From IMG/VR virus record IMGVR_UViG_3300043429_000130, positions 55,643-119,642 of that record: a stretch of DNA of 64,000 nucleotides; one strand, given 5' to 3'. Below the pieces are notes generated by a model. That model was not told the DNA's origin. It worked only from the letters and a program-made list of their open reading frames with translations, and searched no databases. Source of the DNA: a virus. The position numbers and the translations under genes were made by a program. Each line of letters starts with the position of its first letter. Position 1 is the first letter of the stretch. This document shows, in pieces, positions 20,094 to 29,686 of this stretch.

Positions 20094-22847
20094 TTATTTC
20101 TTCTTTTTTCCAGCAGATCCACCTACATCATACTTGTTCTTATTTTCCCTAGCAATCTGTAGTTGTTTATCCGCTATTTCTTTCTGAGTCTGTATTTTTT
20201 CACGTTCAATCTGAAGTTTCTGACCACCTTGTTCTTTTCTTGTTAGCTCAGACTCACGCTTCAAGTTTATTTGATCTTGATAACGTTGTTCACTTCTAAT
20301 ACCTTCTAATGCATCTTGGTAGTCAGACATCTGATTTTGGTTAATATCTACACCTGCACCATATCCAGCTGCTCTAATTTCAGCTACAGTAAGCTGAGTT
20401 TGTCTATCTAGATCAGCTTGCTCAGCTCTAAACTGAAGATCCATTTGTTTCTGACGTTCTTGAGACTCAATCATCTGCTGCTGCATTTCTTGTTGCTGCT
20501 GCATTTCTGACTGCTTAGCTTCTTGAGTTTTCTTTTCAGCATCTTTAAGAACACCTGTTAACTCTGCAATAGACTCAGACTTAATAACATTACCAAGGTC
20601 ATAAATAGATGCACCAGTAGTATTATTACTTAGAGCAAGTTGTTTAAGCTGCTCCATAACAGAACGAGAGTTGGTCTTTGTAGTACAGAAAATATTTAGA
20701 TCTCTCATTAACAACTCGGTACCGTTCATCTCAAAATTAACCTTTTCATCTTTACCTGTGATATACTGAAGACGTACACTTGGTTTTTTAGAATGATAGT
20801 ATTGAGCCAAGTCTGTACGCATTTGGTGTACACGTGGCATCAAGTTATCAGAATGCTGAATAAAATACTGCTCTGTTTGGGCATAAGAAGCATTCATAGC
20901 TTGTTCTATACCAGTAGCAGTTTGTTGTTGAGCAATCTGCTGACCCATCCGTTGTGGATTAAGACCAATAGTTTCAAAAGCTTGATTCTTAAAGTAACTA
21001 GCTAAGTTAACACGAGAAAGCAAACGGTTAGTTTGTTCTAAGTTTAACACTTGATAATGCTGGAAGTTAAGAGCATTCTCTGTATTAGTAATAGAAGTAT
21101 CCAATGGTAACATCTGGAAGTTCTTCATAGCCACATAGGCTTTGGCCAGATTATTTTTACCCCAGTCTTCTCCCATAGAGTGACGTGGTAAAGAGTTCTG
21201 GTCCAGCATAATAACCGTACCTAGCTCATCCACAAGGATGTCAGCTATTTGGTTATTTACAATGTTGTAACCTATCTGGTATGGCTTCATAAGATCTACC
21301 AATGAAATACTGCGGGTGTTTCTATCACCAAATACAGAACCTTCCACTGGAAGCTTACATCCATAAAGAGTTGCGTCTCCTTTAAACTGGAATGGAATAC
21401 GTCCTGGTTTACCACCATTAAGACCTAAGTAAATAGGATTAATGCCTCCAGGGTTATTCATTCCCCAGAATGCAGGTCTATTAGGGCCAATCTTAATACC
21501 ACCCCAGGTTTCGTTAATCCAGATCCAGTCAATATGTTCACCAAAGATTAAATTATCTTTAGACTTTTGTTTGTATATAGAAGTGTTGTATAAAGGCTTA
21601 TCAGTGATCTTGTAGTTTTCACCAATAATATCTTGAATAACTTCTCCTTCTTCAGTAATCTTAGTCAAGTGACCAATCTTACGTTGAGACTTCCAATAGA
21701 TCTGAGATACACGTAGTAAGTGTGACTTACCAAAATCTACAGTATCTTCTGAGTCAGCTAAAATCCACTCTACAATATCTCCTGTACCAAACTTAGTATC
21801 GTATAGAGAAGCATATTGTCTGTACCCCAATGATGGCATTTCTGTATTCCAATCATGGGATTTAGTAGGATCATAGTAAGTACCATCATTTTGGTATCCT
21901 TGTACAGCATATCCGGCTGAACGTACAGGATAGATGGCTTCTAAAGACTCTAATTGATCTTGAGTCATCATCCAACCATACTTGTCAATAACGTCTGATA
22001 CAGACATCATATCCATCTTACCTACCCAGTTACCCTGAGAAATGTAACGTACGTCTGGAGATTTATGGTAGAATGTAAGCAATGGATTCCATAGCTCTAC
22101 ATCATAATCATCTTCATTCATTTTAAAATGCCAAAACTCACGGTCAGTAATAAGCATGTCTCTAAAACCACGCTCTTCTAACTCTTGCATTTTAAATCTT
22201 TCTTCATCTACTGACATCTGGTGGCTAGCCCACTCTTCAATCATAGATCTATAATCTTTACGGAAAAATCCTTCAATCTCTGGAAGTTGTTGTAGATTTT
22301 CTGGGGCTAGAGCTTTCTGCATTTCTTCAGATTCTAGCTCAATACCCATGTTCATCATCTCAATCATCATCTTCCTCTCAGCATCCTCTAATAAGACTTT
22401 CTCTATCATAGAACGCTTTTCTTCCATCATTTCATTATATGAAATGTCATCAACGGCTTTAAACATAATGCGTGAGCTTCTTTTAGAAAACTCATTACAC
22501 AATACGTTAATTACGTTAGGAATAATAGGATAGAACTTAAGCTCTAATGCAGACTCATCTTCTTTTGTTAGAGTGTCAATAAGATCTGCCATCTCATTAT
22601 CTTCTTCTACAATGTAGTCAGCCTTATCAATAATACCCTTAGCTAGCTTGTAGTTCTTCATGAGTCTACGAGCATTACGTCTAAGTTGTTTCATACCTTG
22701 GAACTCTAGCCAATCTAGATTCCATGCTCTCCATTCCTCGTCCTTTTCCTTTTCAGGTAAAAACTGGATAGGTTGCGTAAGCGTACCCATCTTATTATAG
22801 TCAGCCTTTTTACCAGATTTAAGATCTAGAGCATTGTATATCTGCAT
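20094..22847 (-). CDS. Portal protein
   Basis: 917 aa with YPIIPNVINVL, SLVDLMKPYQIGYNIV and a Q-rich coiled-coil tail. Lies between TerL and the capsid genes. Confidence 0.85.
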   Translation of the reverse strand: MQIYNALDLKSGKKADYNKMGTLTQPIQFLPEKEKDEEWRAWNLDWLEFQGMKQLRRNARRLMKNYKLAKGIIDKADYIVEEDNEMADLIDTLTKEDESALELKFYPIIPNVINVLCNEFSKRSSRIMFKAVDDISYNEMMEEKRSMIEKVLLEDAERKMMIEMMNMGIELESEEMQKALAPENLQQLPEIEGFFRKDYRSMIEEWASHQMSVDEERFKMQELEERGFRDMLITDREFWHFKMNEDDYDVELWNPLLTFYHKSPDVRYISQGNWVGKMDMMSVSDVIDKYGWMMTQDQLESLEAIYPVRSAGYAVQGYQNDGTYYDPTKSHDWNTEMPSLGYRQYASLYDTKFGTGDIVEWILADSEDTVDFGKSHLLRVSQIYWKSQRKIGHLTKITEEGEVIQDIIGENYKITDKPLYNTSIYKQKSKDNLIFGEHIDWIWINETWGGIKIGPNRPAFWGMNNPGGINPIYLGLNGGKPGRIPFQFKGDATLYGCKLPVEGSVFGDRNTRSISLVDLMKPYQIGYNIVNNQIADILVDELGTVIMLDQNSLPRHSMGEDWGKNNLAKAYVAMKNFQMLPLDTSITNTENALNFQHYQVLNLEQTNRLLSRVNLASYFKNQAFETIGLNPQRMGQQIAQQQTATGIEQAMNASYAQTEQYFIQHSDNLMPRVHQMRTDLAQYYHSKKPSVRLQYITGKDEKVNFEMNGTELLMRDLNIFCTTKTNSRSVMEQLKQLALSNNTTGASIYDLGNVIKSESIAELTGVLKDAEKKTQEAKQSEMQQQQEMQQQMIESQERQKQMDLQFRAEQADLDRQTQLTVAEIRAAGYGAGVDINQNQMSDYQDALEGIRSEQRYQDQINLKRESELTRKEQGGQKLQIEREKIQTQKEIADKQLQIARENKNKYDVGGSAGKKKK

Positions 22848-22852
22848 GATAT

Positions 22853-23146
22853 TTAATTATTTAAGTCTGCTGAACTATCAGCAATTGTATTAGTAAACGT
22901 TACATTAGATCCTGTTAAAGGCATAGTGGTACCACTTAAATATGTTGGATAAGTAACTGTGTATGGAGTAGTTCTCCAAGTACTTGTACCAGTTTGAGGA
23001 ACATACTTGGGTTCTTGTACAACATCCTCTTCTATAGCGTCTTCTTCTTTTAAAAGAAGTAAAGCTTCCTCAAGTGTGAGAGAGCTTTCCTTGATCAATC
23101 TAGAAAGAATAGTTACCTTTTGAGCATGAAGTTCTTGATTTTCCAT
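22853..23146 (-). CDS. Hypothetical protein
   Basis: Fills the TerL-portal gap, with an LTLEEALLLL helix. Confidence 0.6.
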   Translation of the reverse strand: MENQELHAQKVTILSRLIKESSLTLEEALLLLKEEDAIEEDVVQEPKYVPQTGTSTWRTTPYTVTYPTYLSGTTMPLTGSNVTFTNTIADSSADLNN

Positions 23147-23148
23147 AT

Positions 23149-25341
23149 CTATTTCATATTTTTAAAGGGGTTACGGTGTCCTTTAGAACCGAGTGTACTA
23201 CCTTTAGAGCCACCGATATGTCTAAAGGGGCTCCAATTTAATTTACTAAATTTCTGGGAGTTATCCAAGTTTTCTTTTGTAACTTCTACACGTTTAGTCA
23301 GTCCTCTGTTACTTTGTTGGACCTTTGCAAAGGCTATAAGGGCACAAAATGCTACTAACCTATCCACGTTTAGTCCATCTCTGTAAGCTTGCATTTCACG
23401 TAGAAGCATAATATCTGGTATACGTTCTGCTCCGTATATTGTTTTTACAATGTCTCCGTTCTCTTTAGTCTCATGATCAAGCTCTTCTTTTAAGAATTCA
23501 ATCCCATAAGACAACACTGTACCCTTGAATAGTGTACCCACGTTCTTCCATCCATATTCTTGGAATACGTTACGGTTGGCACCAATGTCTTTTAAGAACA
23601 AGATCATATCTTTTGGTACAAGATATCTCTGCTTTTTCTTGCTTATCATATACTGAATGAATAAAGCTACGTTATTTTCTACAACGGTCCAAGCATTATA
23701 CCATTCTATAAGAAGCTCTAGACGTTCATGGGTTTTGTTAAGATCATCAAAACGTCCACACCATGATGCTACAATCATGTCACGTTCTATCTCGTTTTTA
23801 ACCCTACCGTTACCGTCATCTTTAATAACCTCCACTGGATTCTTATATACGTATATAGAACATAGTGATTCAGATGTAGTGGTCTTTCCTTCTCCAACAG
23901 GGTCCACAGAAGCATAGTACATCCCAAATGGTGGATCTTTATGAGGTCTTTCGTAGATACAGATCACTCCCTCTTTGTCTTCAGTCTTTTTAGATATAGG
24001 AAACTCCATGATAGGAATCTTTCTAGATGGTTTGTCTACTATCTTACCCTCAGCATTTCTAGAAAGCTCTAAGTATTCTACAGAATATTCTTTATCCTGA
24101 ATACGTTGCATCTGTTTAGCAACCAAGTGTGGAGGGAACACACTCACTTTACGGGTAGCAAAAGCTTCTTCAATACAACGTGGTTGCTGAGATACAGTAA
24201 GTTGATAAGCTGCCGGGTCTAAATCCCTTTTCATCTTCTCAAATTCTTTCTCTAGAGCCTCTAAAGCTTCCTCCACCTTAGAGTTGCCCCACTGATCAAT
24301 ATAAGGGGGCATAGACCACTGTTCTGGAATAAATAGACCAGTTATACCAATTGTTCCGTCCTTGTCTACAAGGCTACTTTCTACCCCATAGAAGCCATTC
24401 TCTTCTGGGTGTAGGATATATTCCTTCATTGGCTCACACTGATCTAGATCACCGACTGATCCAGCTGCAATAAACTGACCAGTGATCATGTGACCAGACT
24501 TAAGTGCTGGCTTCATAAATCCATACGTGTCATCCATCTTAGGTGCGATACCTGCTTCCTCATGAAAGAAGTATGTTACAGGTCCACCGACACCATGTGT
24601 AGGGTCTTTTTCAAAGGAGTATAGGTTGATCGTGGATTTCAAACCTTTATACGTGTCACGACCACCTATCCTCACCTTAATCTGTTGCTGCCATGCCCCA
24701 ACCTTGTCAGGCTCAGCTGGACGATACCAGGCTGTGTGTTCATTTAAGAAGTTCTTATATTCATTAAGAAACTTCCATGAGCCTTTCTCGTTTATATAAT
24801 CTTTTAAAGAAGCCCCTATCTTTAATACAGCTCCTTCTTCAAACCAATATTGGTTGATAAGCTTAGCCATATGGAAATAAGAAGAGGCTATCTGACGCTT
24901 CTTTAGAATAATAGCGTGTTTCCAGTGTAGTTCAGCTAAATGCTCATATAGAGCCATGTGATATTGTGCATCCCTCACCTTAGCAAAGTCAAACCTTTTC
25001 TCTTCTTTGTCATAAATAGGTAAGAAGTTCAACCACATATAGTAGTCTCTGCTTATATACCACTTTTCATCACCGTCTTTTACAATGATTCCATTACGGC
25101 ATTTTGCTTTTTGGTCATTCCAGTAGGCAATAAAGTCTTTTGTCTTTACAGGAGCTGCACAATAATATCCTTGTTTTTGAAACTTACGACCTTCTTCATT
25201 AAAGATCTTACTAGTTTCATTAAAGTTATACTTACCAGGCTCTTTAAAAATAAACAACAAGAAGTCTCTAAACTCTTCTCTTGTATAGAAGGTGGTTACG
25301 TCCCATTGACCATTCTCGTATGTAGGTATTTCTCTAAACAT
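23149..25341 (-). CDS. terL: Terminase large subunit
   Basis: Walker A-like LKKRQIASS, Walker B FFHEEAG, RNase H-like YASVDPV, VVENN and DRLVA motifs. Confidence 0.9.
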   Translation of the reverse strand: MFREIPTYENGQWDVTTFYTREEFRDFLLFIFKEPGKYNFNETSKIFNEEGRKFQKQGYYCAAPVKTKDFIAYWNDQKAKCRNGIIVKDGDEKWYISRDYYMWLNFLPIYDKEEKRFDFAKVRDAQYHMALYEHLAELHWKHAIILKKRQIASSYFHMAKLINQYWFEEGAVLKIGASLKDYINEKGSWKFLNEYKNFLNEHTAWYRPAEPDKVGAWQQQIKVRIGGRDTYKGLKSTINLYSFEKDPTHGVGGPVTYFFHEEAGIAPKMDDTYGFMKPALKSGHMITGQFIAAGSVGDLDQCEPMKEYILHPEENGFYGVESSLVDKDGTIGITGLFIPEQWSMPPYIDQWGNSKVEEALEALEKEFEKMKRDLDPAAYQLTVSQQPRCIEEAFATRKVSVFPPHLVAKQMQRIQDKEYSVEYLELSRNAEGKIVDKPSRKIPIMEFPISKKTEDKEGVICIYERPHKDPPFGMYYASVDPVGEGKTTTSESLCSIYVYKNPVEVIKDDGNGRVKNEIERDMIVASWCGRFDDLNKTHERLELLIEWYNAWTVVENNVALFIQYMISKKKQRYLVPKDMILFLKDIGANRNVFQEYGWKNVGTLFKGTVLSYGIEFLKEELDHETKENGDIVKTIYGAERIPDIMLLREMQAYRDGLNVDRLVAFCALIAFAKVQQSNRGLTKRVEVTKENLDNSQKFSKLNWSPFRHIGGSKGSTLGSKGHRNPFKNMK

Positions 25342-25631
25342 TATTTGTTACCATCTACACTGGTTATCTTATTAATATGCTCAAGATTACCTTTACCTCT
25401 ATGTAGTAAATACAACAGTGTATTTATGTCTTTACTACGCAGAATACCTTTCATTTCATAGTTACTCCAGTAACCAGTGTACAAATGTCTAGGAATAGCA
25501 TTCCATAAACTAGTGTAAGGGTTAAAATGAAAAACCCAGTCTTGCATAAACTCATACTTCACATCTGATTGTTCCTCCACTGGAGAAAACTCCTTGATGT
25601 TTTCATAATCTGTGTAAACTTCTTGTTTCAT
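25341..25631 (-). CDS. Hypothetical protein (likely start ATG 25631)
   Basis: MKQEVYTDY...WVFHFNPYTSLWNAIPR. The longer ORF in the track runs through the RNA region and is probably over-extended. Confidence 0.7.
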   Translation of the reverse strand: MKQEVYTDYENIKEFSPVEEQSDVKYEFMQDWVFHFNPYTSLWNAIPRHLYTGYWSNYEMKGILRSKDINTLLYLLHRGKGNLEHINKITSVDGNK

Positions 25632-25653
25632 AATATTTTTATTTAATAATTTA

Positions 25654-25757
25654 GGAAAGCAGAAGATGGGTGCGTGGACATCTGCTTTTACAACTGGCAT
25701 TTCTAACCGATCACGTACGGCCCTTTCTACAGTTAAAAGTACGTTATTCCAGTCAAC
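25654..25757 (-). ncRNA. Structured RNA element directly downstream of the tRNA-like gene
   Basis: Stems TGACTGG/CCAGTTG, ACGTAC/GTACGT and AAAGCAGA/TCTGCTTT. GC-richer than the flanks. Confidence 0.4.
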
Positions 25758-25763
25758 CTTTTG

Positions 25764-25933
25764 CTGTAGAGGGTGGACTCGAACCACCAAGGTGAGATTC
25801 AATTGATAACACAACGCTTGCAAGCTGGTGGTCTACCCCATATTATCAATCTATTTCTGCATCACCGCCCACGAGACAGGTGGGTACGTTTGCCAAGGCC
25901 ATAACTGAGACAGCCAAATTTCGTCACTCTACA
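25764..25933 (-). tRNA. Atypical 170-nt tRNA-Asp(GTC)-like gene with expanded D-loop and 79-nt variable region
   Basis: Acceptor TGTAGAG/CTCTACA plus discriminator G. T-arm GGTGG-TTCGAGT-CCACC. Anticodon arm CCCAC-CTGTCTC-GTGGG. D-stem ACG/CGT. No encoded CCA. Confidence 0.7.
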
Positions 25934-25939
25934 ATTTTA

Positions 25940-26590
25940 CTACTTGTTATACTCATATTCTAGTATCTTACCAACAATATCACTACGATGGTTTTCTTTT
26001 AGTTTGATCCACTTAATCTCACTAATCTTTTTAGATAGTTCAATAGCATAAGTCAAACCTGTAACACTATGTTTAGTGTCTTGTTGTTCATTATCACCGT
26101 TAATAATAATCTTACCTGTTTTACCAAGTCTAGTTAGAATAGCCAGCATCTCAGTTTTAGTGAGGTTTTGTGCTTCTTCTACAACTAAGATATCATCTAT
26201 AGTTTTACCACGGATAAACTGTACAGGATAAGCAATGATCTTCTCATCTTTTACCATAGACTGAATCTTCACTTTGTCTGCACACTTTACTAGATTCTCC
26301 TGAAAAGCTTCTAGATAAGGATTAAACTTCTCATCTAGAGATCCTGGGAGGAATCCTAAAGAGCTACCTACCTCTATAGTGGCACGTGTTACAAATATTT
26401 GGTCACACTGCTTCTTATTTAGGAAATCTAGTGCACTTAATGCACATACTAAAGATTTACCACTACCAGCTCTACCTGTAACTATTACAATCTGGTTTTC
26501 AATAATTAAACGTCTAGCTTCTCTCTGTTCATCATTAAGAGTTACATGATATTTAATTTCTTGTTTACGTTCTCTGTTTGGCTCTCTCAT
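25940..26590 (-). CDS. phoH: PhoH-like ATPase
   Basis: GRAGSGKS Walker A, LGFLPG, FIRGKT, EEAQN, LTRLG, GDNEQQD and NHRS motifs. Start likely MREPN at 26590. Confidence 0.92.
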   Translation of the reverse strand: MREPNRERKQEIKYHVTLNDEQREARRLIIENQIVIVTGRAGSGKSLVCALSALDFLNKKQCDQIFVTRATIEVGSSLGFLPGSLDEKFNPYLEAFQENLVKCADKVKIQSMVKDEKIIAYPVQFIRGKTIDDILVVEEAQNLTKTEMLAILTRLGKTGKIIINGDNEQQDTKHSVTGLTYAIELSKKISEIKWIKLKENHRSDIVGKILEYEYNK

Positions 26591-26597
26591 GTTTTTA

Positions 26598-27110
26598 CTA
26601 TTGGTCATACGCTAAGTTTTGTCCTCCTCTAACTTGAGACTGTTGTTCTTCCATTAAGTCTCTGTACACTCCCTTAAAACTTTGTCTAACAGAGTCAAAT
26701 CTTTCTGCAATTCTAAGGATGGCTGTAGCAGATCCGTCTCTGCCAGATGTCACTTTTTCTGTAGCCATAAAGCCGGCCATGTTATCTAGTGCAATCTTAA
26801 TACCCTGGTATGCTCTATATGTAGGAGTTTCGTACATTTTCTTACACATACGTAATCCATTTATTACAAGATCATCTTCTGTAGAAAAATCACCGTCCAC
26901 TTCTGCTAGAATGATATCTTCTTTATCTGTTTCAGGAACATCAAAGAAAGGATTTAAATCTGGGTTAGGACATGTCATGTAGAATAAGTAAGAATACACC
27001 TTAGTAGATTCATCACCATACTCATCCATAATATCTTTTAAAAACTTTAAGGTGTAACAGTGTTCACTAGGAACCACCTTACCATTAGCTATATCAAATA
27101 ATCTTACCAT
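26598..27110 (-). CDS. Conserved crAss-like hypothetical protein
   Basis: 170 aa ending RGGQNLAYDQ, in the packaging gene neighbourhood. Confidence 0.65.
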   Translation of the reverse strand: MVRLFDIANGKVVPSEHCYTLKFLKDIMDEYGDESTKVYSYLFYMTCPNPDLNPFFDVPETDKEDIILAEVDGDFSTEDDLVINGLRMCKKMYETPTYRAYQGIKIALDNMAGFMATEKVTSGRDGSATAILRIAERFDSVRQSFKGVYRDLMEEQQSQVRGGQNLAYDQ

Positions 27111-27628
27111 TAATTCCAGTGTTTATTATATCTTTCAAAATAGAAAGTTAAATCTTGTTTACTATCATCGTAGTATTCTCCTACAACGTCACTCTTAAAC
27201 TTACTACCTACATTTTCATACAAGGTAGTAGTAATTATATTACCAACCACTTTCTTTTTTAACAAATTAGTAAGCCATGTATATGTGCCTCCACGAATTA
27301 CGCCTGCTTCTACTAAAACATAGTTAGTATAAAATGTATCAGTAAACTGAAAATGGAAATGTAAATCCATAGTAGCTCTATCAACATATTTGTTTATAGT
27401 CTCATCAGGATAGGATACATGTATAGGTAGGATATCACACATTTCTCCATCTGCACTTAGATGATGAGCTACATGCATAGCCACTGTAGCAGAATAGTCT
27501 GGACTCACCATAATAACAAGTGTGTTCTTAGGTGTTAAGTCTGGATATTTTTCCACTATCTTTTTACACAACTCAGGAATTAGTTTCCTTTCCTTTAAAG
27601 GACTAACTAACAAGGTTTTTCTTGGCAT
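27110..27628 (-). CDS. Phosphoribosyltransferase-like protein
   Basis: YVLVEAGVIRGGTY resembles the PRPP-binding loop (hhhhDDhhxxGxT). C-terminal SDVVGEYY...FYFE. Confidence 0.5.
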   Translation of the reverse strand: MPRKTLLVSPLKERKLIPELCKKIVEKYPDLTPKNTLVIMVSPDYSATVAMHVAHHLSADGEMCDILPIHVSYPDETINKYVDRATMDLHFHFQFTDTFYTNYVLVEAGVIRGGTYTWLTNLLKKKVVGNIITTTLYENVGSKFKSDVVGEYYDDSKQDLTFYFERYNKHWN

Positions 27629-27785
27629 TCTTTGTCATTTTACGTCTGTTTCTTTTCTTCTTATTCTGCTCTTTAAGAAGCTCTAGTAAAAGCTGCATTC
27701 TTCTAGCTTGACTTTTATTAAACTCATCTATGATTGCATCAAACATGGGATCTGTAATCCAATTACCGTTCCTTAATTTATACAT
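27603..27785 (-). CDS. Small hypothetical protein
   Basis: 60 aa, coupled to neighbours by TAATG overlap. Confidence 0.5.
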   Translation of the reverse strand: MYKLRNGNWITDPMFDAIIDEFNKSQARRMQLLLELLKEQNKKKRNRRKMTKNAKKNLVS

Positions 27786-28624
27786 TAGTGTTTAGCTTTT
27801 AGTTTATCTCTGTTATCTTCTAACCAATGTAGTAAGTTAATAACCTCAGCTTTTAAATATGGAAGATCATACTGTACAATATCCTTCACTATAGGATCAC
27901 CATTTGTATCAAGAGCGGTGATTGGGTTACCAAACTTATCTGTACCCACTGTCTCAAATACAATGTGGTGAATAGTAAGTACTCCGGGCTTAAGTCTTGG
28001 ATTGTGCTTAAGAATAATATACATGTACAAGCTAAGCTGTAATGCATAGTGGTTTACGTTACAATCATCTAAATGATTAACAGGAAAGTTCATTTTGGTA
28101 GTTATACCTTCCCAGTTAGTAAAGCCTTCTGTCTTGATTTCTTTGTTAGTCTTATAGTCTGTAATATGTACTTCTCCATTAATCACTTCTACTAAATCTG
28201 ACTGACCACATAAGCCAGCACTCTTTAGGTAAACCATGTGCTCAGGATATACACCATCTGTGAGCTTCTGGTTTGGAGAAAATTTAGTACCCTCAATCTC
28301 AATTGGTTTAAAAATAGGAACAGTACTACCATGTCGTTCCATTGTTTCTAGTGAACATATATCTGATTCTCTGCAGTTGTGATACCATGTACCTAATGTT
28401 GTTGCTCTAAGAGCCTCATTAGCCCATGCTTGTTTAATTTCTTCTGGCGTCATGCCGTACCATTTAGACTTCTTAGACTTAGACGTCTTTTCAGCAATCT
28501 TATCTGCGTCAAATGGTTGTTTAAAGTTACCAATAAAACTTGTAACTGATATCCATTTAGTTATATCCTCTGGATTAATACTTGTGTAACTGTGATCGTG
28601 TGGGGTGAATCTCAAAATGCTCAT
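27785..28624 (-). CDS. PD-(D/E)XK exonuclease (Cas4/lambda-exo-like)
   Basis: WISVT, GTWYH, GQSDLV, ITDYKTNK and YALQLSLY motifs. Confidence 0.85.
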   Translation of the reverse strand: MSILRFTPHDHSYTSINPEDITKWISVTSFIGNFKQPFDADKIAEKTSKSKKSKWYGMTPEEIKQAWANEALRATTLGTWYHNCRESDICSLETMERHGSTVPIFKPIEIEGTKFSPNQKLTDGVYPEHMVYLKSAGLCGQSDLVEVINGEVHITDYKTNKEIKTEGFTNWEGITTKMNFPVNHLDDCNVNHYALQLSLYMYIILKHNPRLKPGVLTIHHIVFETVGTDKFGNPITALDTNGDPIVKDIVQYDLPYLKAEVINLLHWLEDNRDKLKAKH

Positions 28625-28634
28625 ATGTTTATGT

Positions 28635-28964
28635 TTATATTCCTAATTTCTGATTAATCATGTCCTCTTCTTCCTGACTCACTTCAGCTTTCCAGTGTCC
28701 CTTTGGACAATCTGAAGATAGGGATCTAGTTTTGAACCCTAGTGAACAACCGCAACCTCCTACTAAATGATTGCAACATGGGCCAGTGCCGGCCACCATG
28801 CATCCTGTGTCTTCTTCTGTATATGTATCACATGTTTTACAAATATGCATTCTCTGTTGTGCAATTTGCTCTACATCCTCTCTCTTAAAGATAGAATTAG
28901 TCACTCCCTCCAGTATCTGACCCTTGGCTTTCCATATCTTTATTATGTTCTCTTTTAGATTCAT
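28635..28964 (-). CDS. Cys-rich putative metal-binding protein
   Basis: RMHICKTC...CGCSLGFKTRSLSSDCPKGHW. Confidence 0.7.
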   Translation of the reverse strand: MNLKENIIKIWKAKGQILEGVTNSIFKREDVEQIAQQRMHICKTCDTYTEEDTGCMVAGTGPCCNHLVGGCGCSLGFKTRSLSSDCPKGHWKAEVSQEEEDMINQKLGI

Positions 28965-29328
28965 TACTTTTGGTTTTATGAAGCTTAATAAAATCTTTTC
29001 TTTGTTTCTCTTCTTCCATCAGAGCTTTAATAGCTTTTAGATCAAAAAGAGATTCATCTGTTCTAAATCTAGTGACAATTTCTTGTAAGCCTTTCTGTCT
29101 AAAGTTTTCTTTAAACGTCTCAAGCTTTTCTATCTTGTCATCTAGCTTCCAATGTTTGATTGTAAAATCTCCTAAATTGGTTACATGTATACGAGCGTGT
29201 TTTAAACTAGACAAACTCTTTCTTATTTCCTGCCAGTAAAACGATGTCACATCTGACACCATTTGCTGAGAAACTCCTAGCTGTTCAGCTACTATAGGAA
29301 TAAGATCTTTAGATTTTCTAGGCTTCAA
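28897..29328 (-). CDS. HU/IHF-like DNA-binding protein
   Basis: LIPIVAEQLGVSQQMV...IHVTNLGDFTIK matches the HU/IHF pattern. Typical of the crAss-like packaging block. Confidence 0.65.
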   Translation of the reverse strand: MKPRKSKDLIPIVAEQLGVSQQMVSDVTSFYWQEIRKSLSSLKHARIHVTNLGDFTIKHWKLDDKIEKLETFKENFRQKGLQEIVTRFRTDESLFDLKAIKALMEEEKQRKDFIKLHKTKSNESKREHNKDMESQGSDTGGSD

Positions 29329-29680
29329 CGCTTAAAAATTTATAGTCTAACAGAATATTCCCGTGTGCATGTAGCTTAAGAGTGGGCTCAATAAATATCT
29401 TTTTCTTATTCTTTCCTTCCTTCTTAATAAGCCCTTTCTTTTCAGCTTTAGTTAGACAGTTACGTACAGACTGTGTGCTAGAGAATATCTTCTTGTCGTG
29501 TGCTTTGTTACAAAAATGTGTAAGTTCTTGAGCTCCCTCTATAGCCAGAAGTGTGAGGCAGTTTAGATCTGCCTCACTCACTGGTATATCAAAGAGGTAG
29601 CAATGTGTGAGTATCTGATACTTGACAATCTGCCAAGTGGTCATCCTCACTCTTTTATCCACCTGATTAACTAATGCCAT
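29318..29680 (-). CDS. Hypothetical protein, possible winged HTH
   Basis: SVRNCLTKAEKKGLI motif. Confidence 0.6.
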   Translation of the reverse strand: MALVNQVDKRVRMTTWQIVKYQILTHCYLFDIPVSEADLNCLTLLAIEGAQELTHFCNKAHDKKIFSSTQSVRNCLTKAEKKGLIKKEGKNKKKIFIEPTLKLHAHGNILLDYKFLSVEA

Positions 29681-29686
29681 GTTGAT

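Noticed and set aside
23149-25341. Intein or intron in TerL
   Set aside because: The ORF is continuous, with no intein splice motifs or homing-endonuclease insert visible.
25632-25823. N-terminal extension of ORF 25341..25823
   Set aside because: It runs through the tRNA-like and structured RNA region. An ATG with an AT-rich leader exists at 25631.
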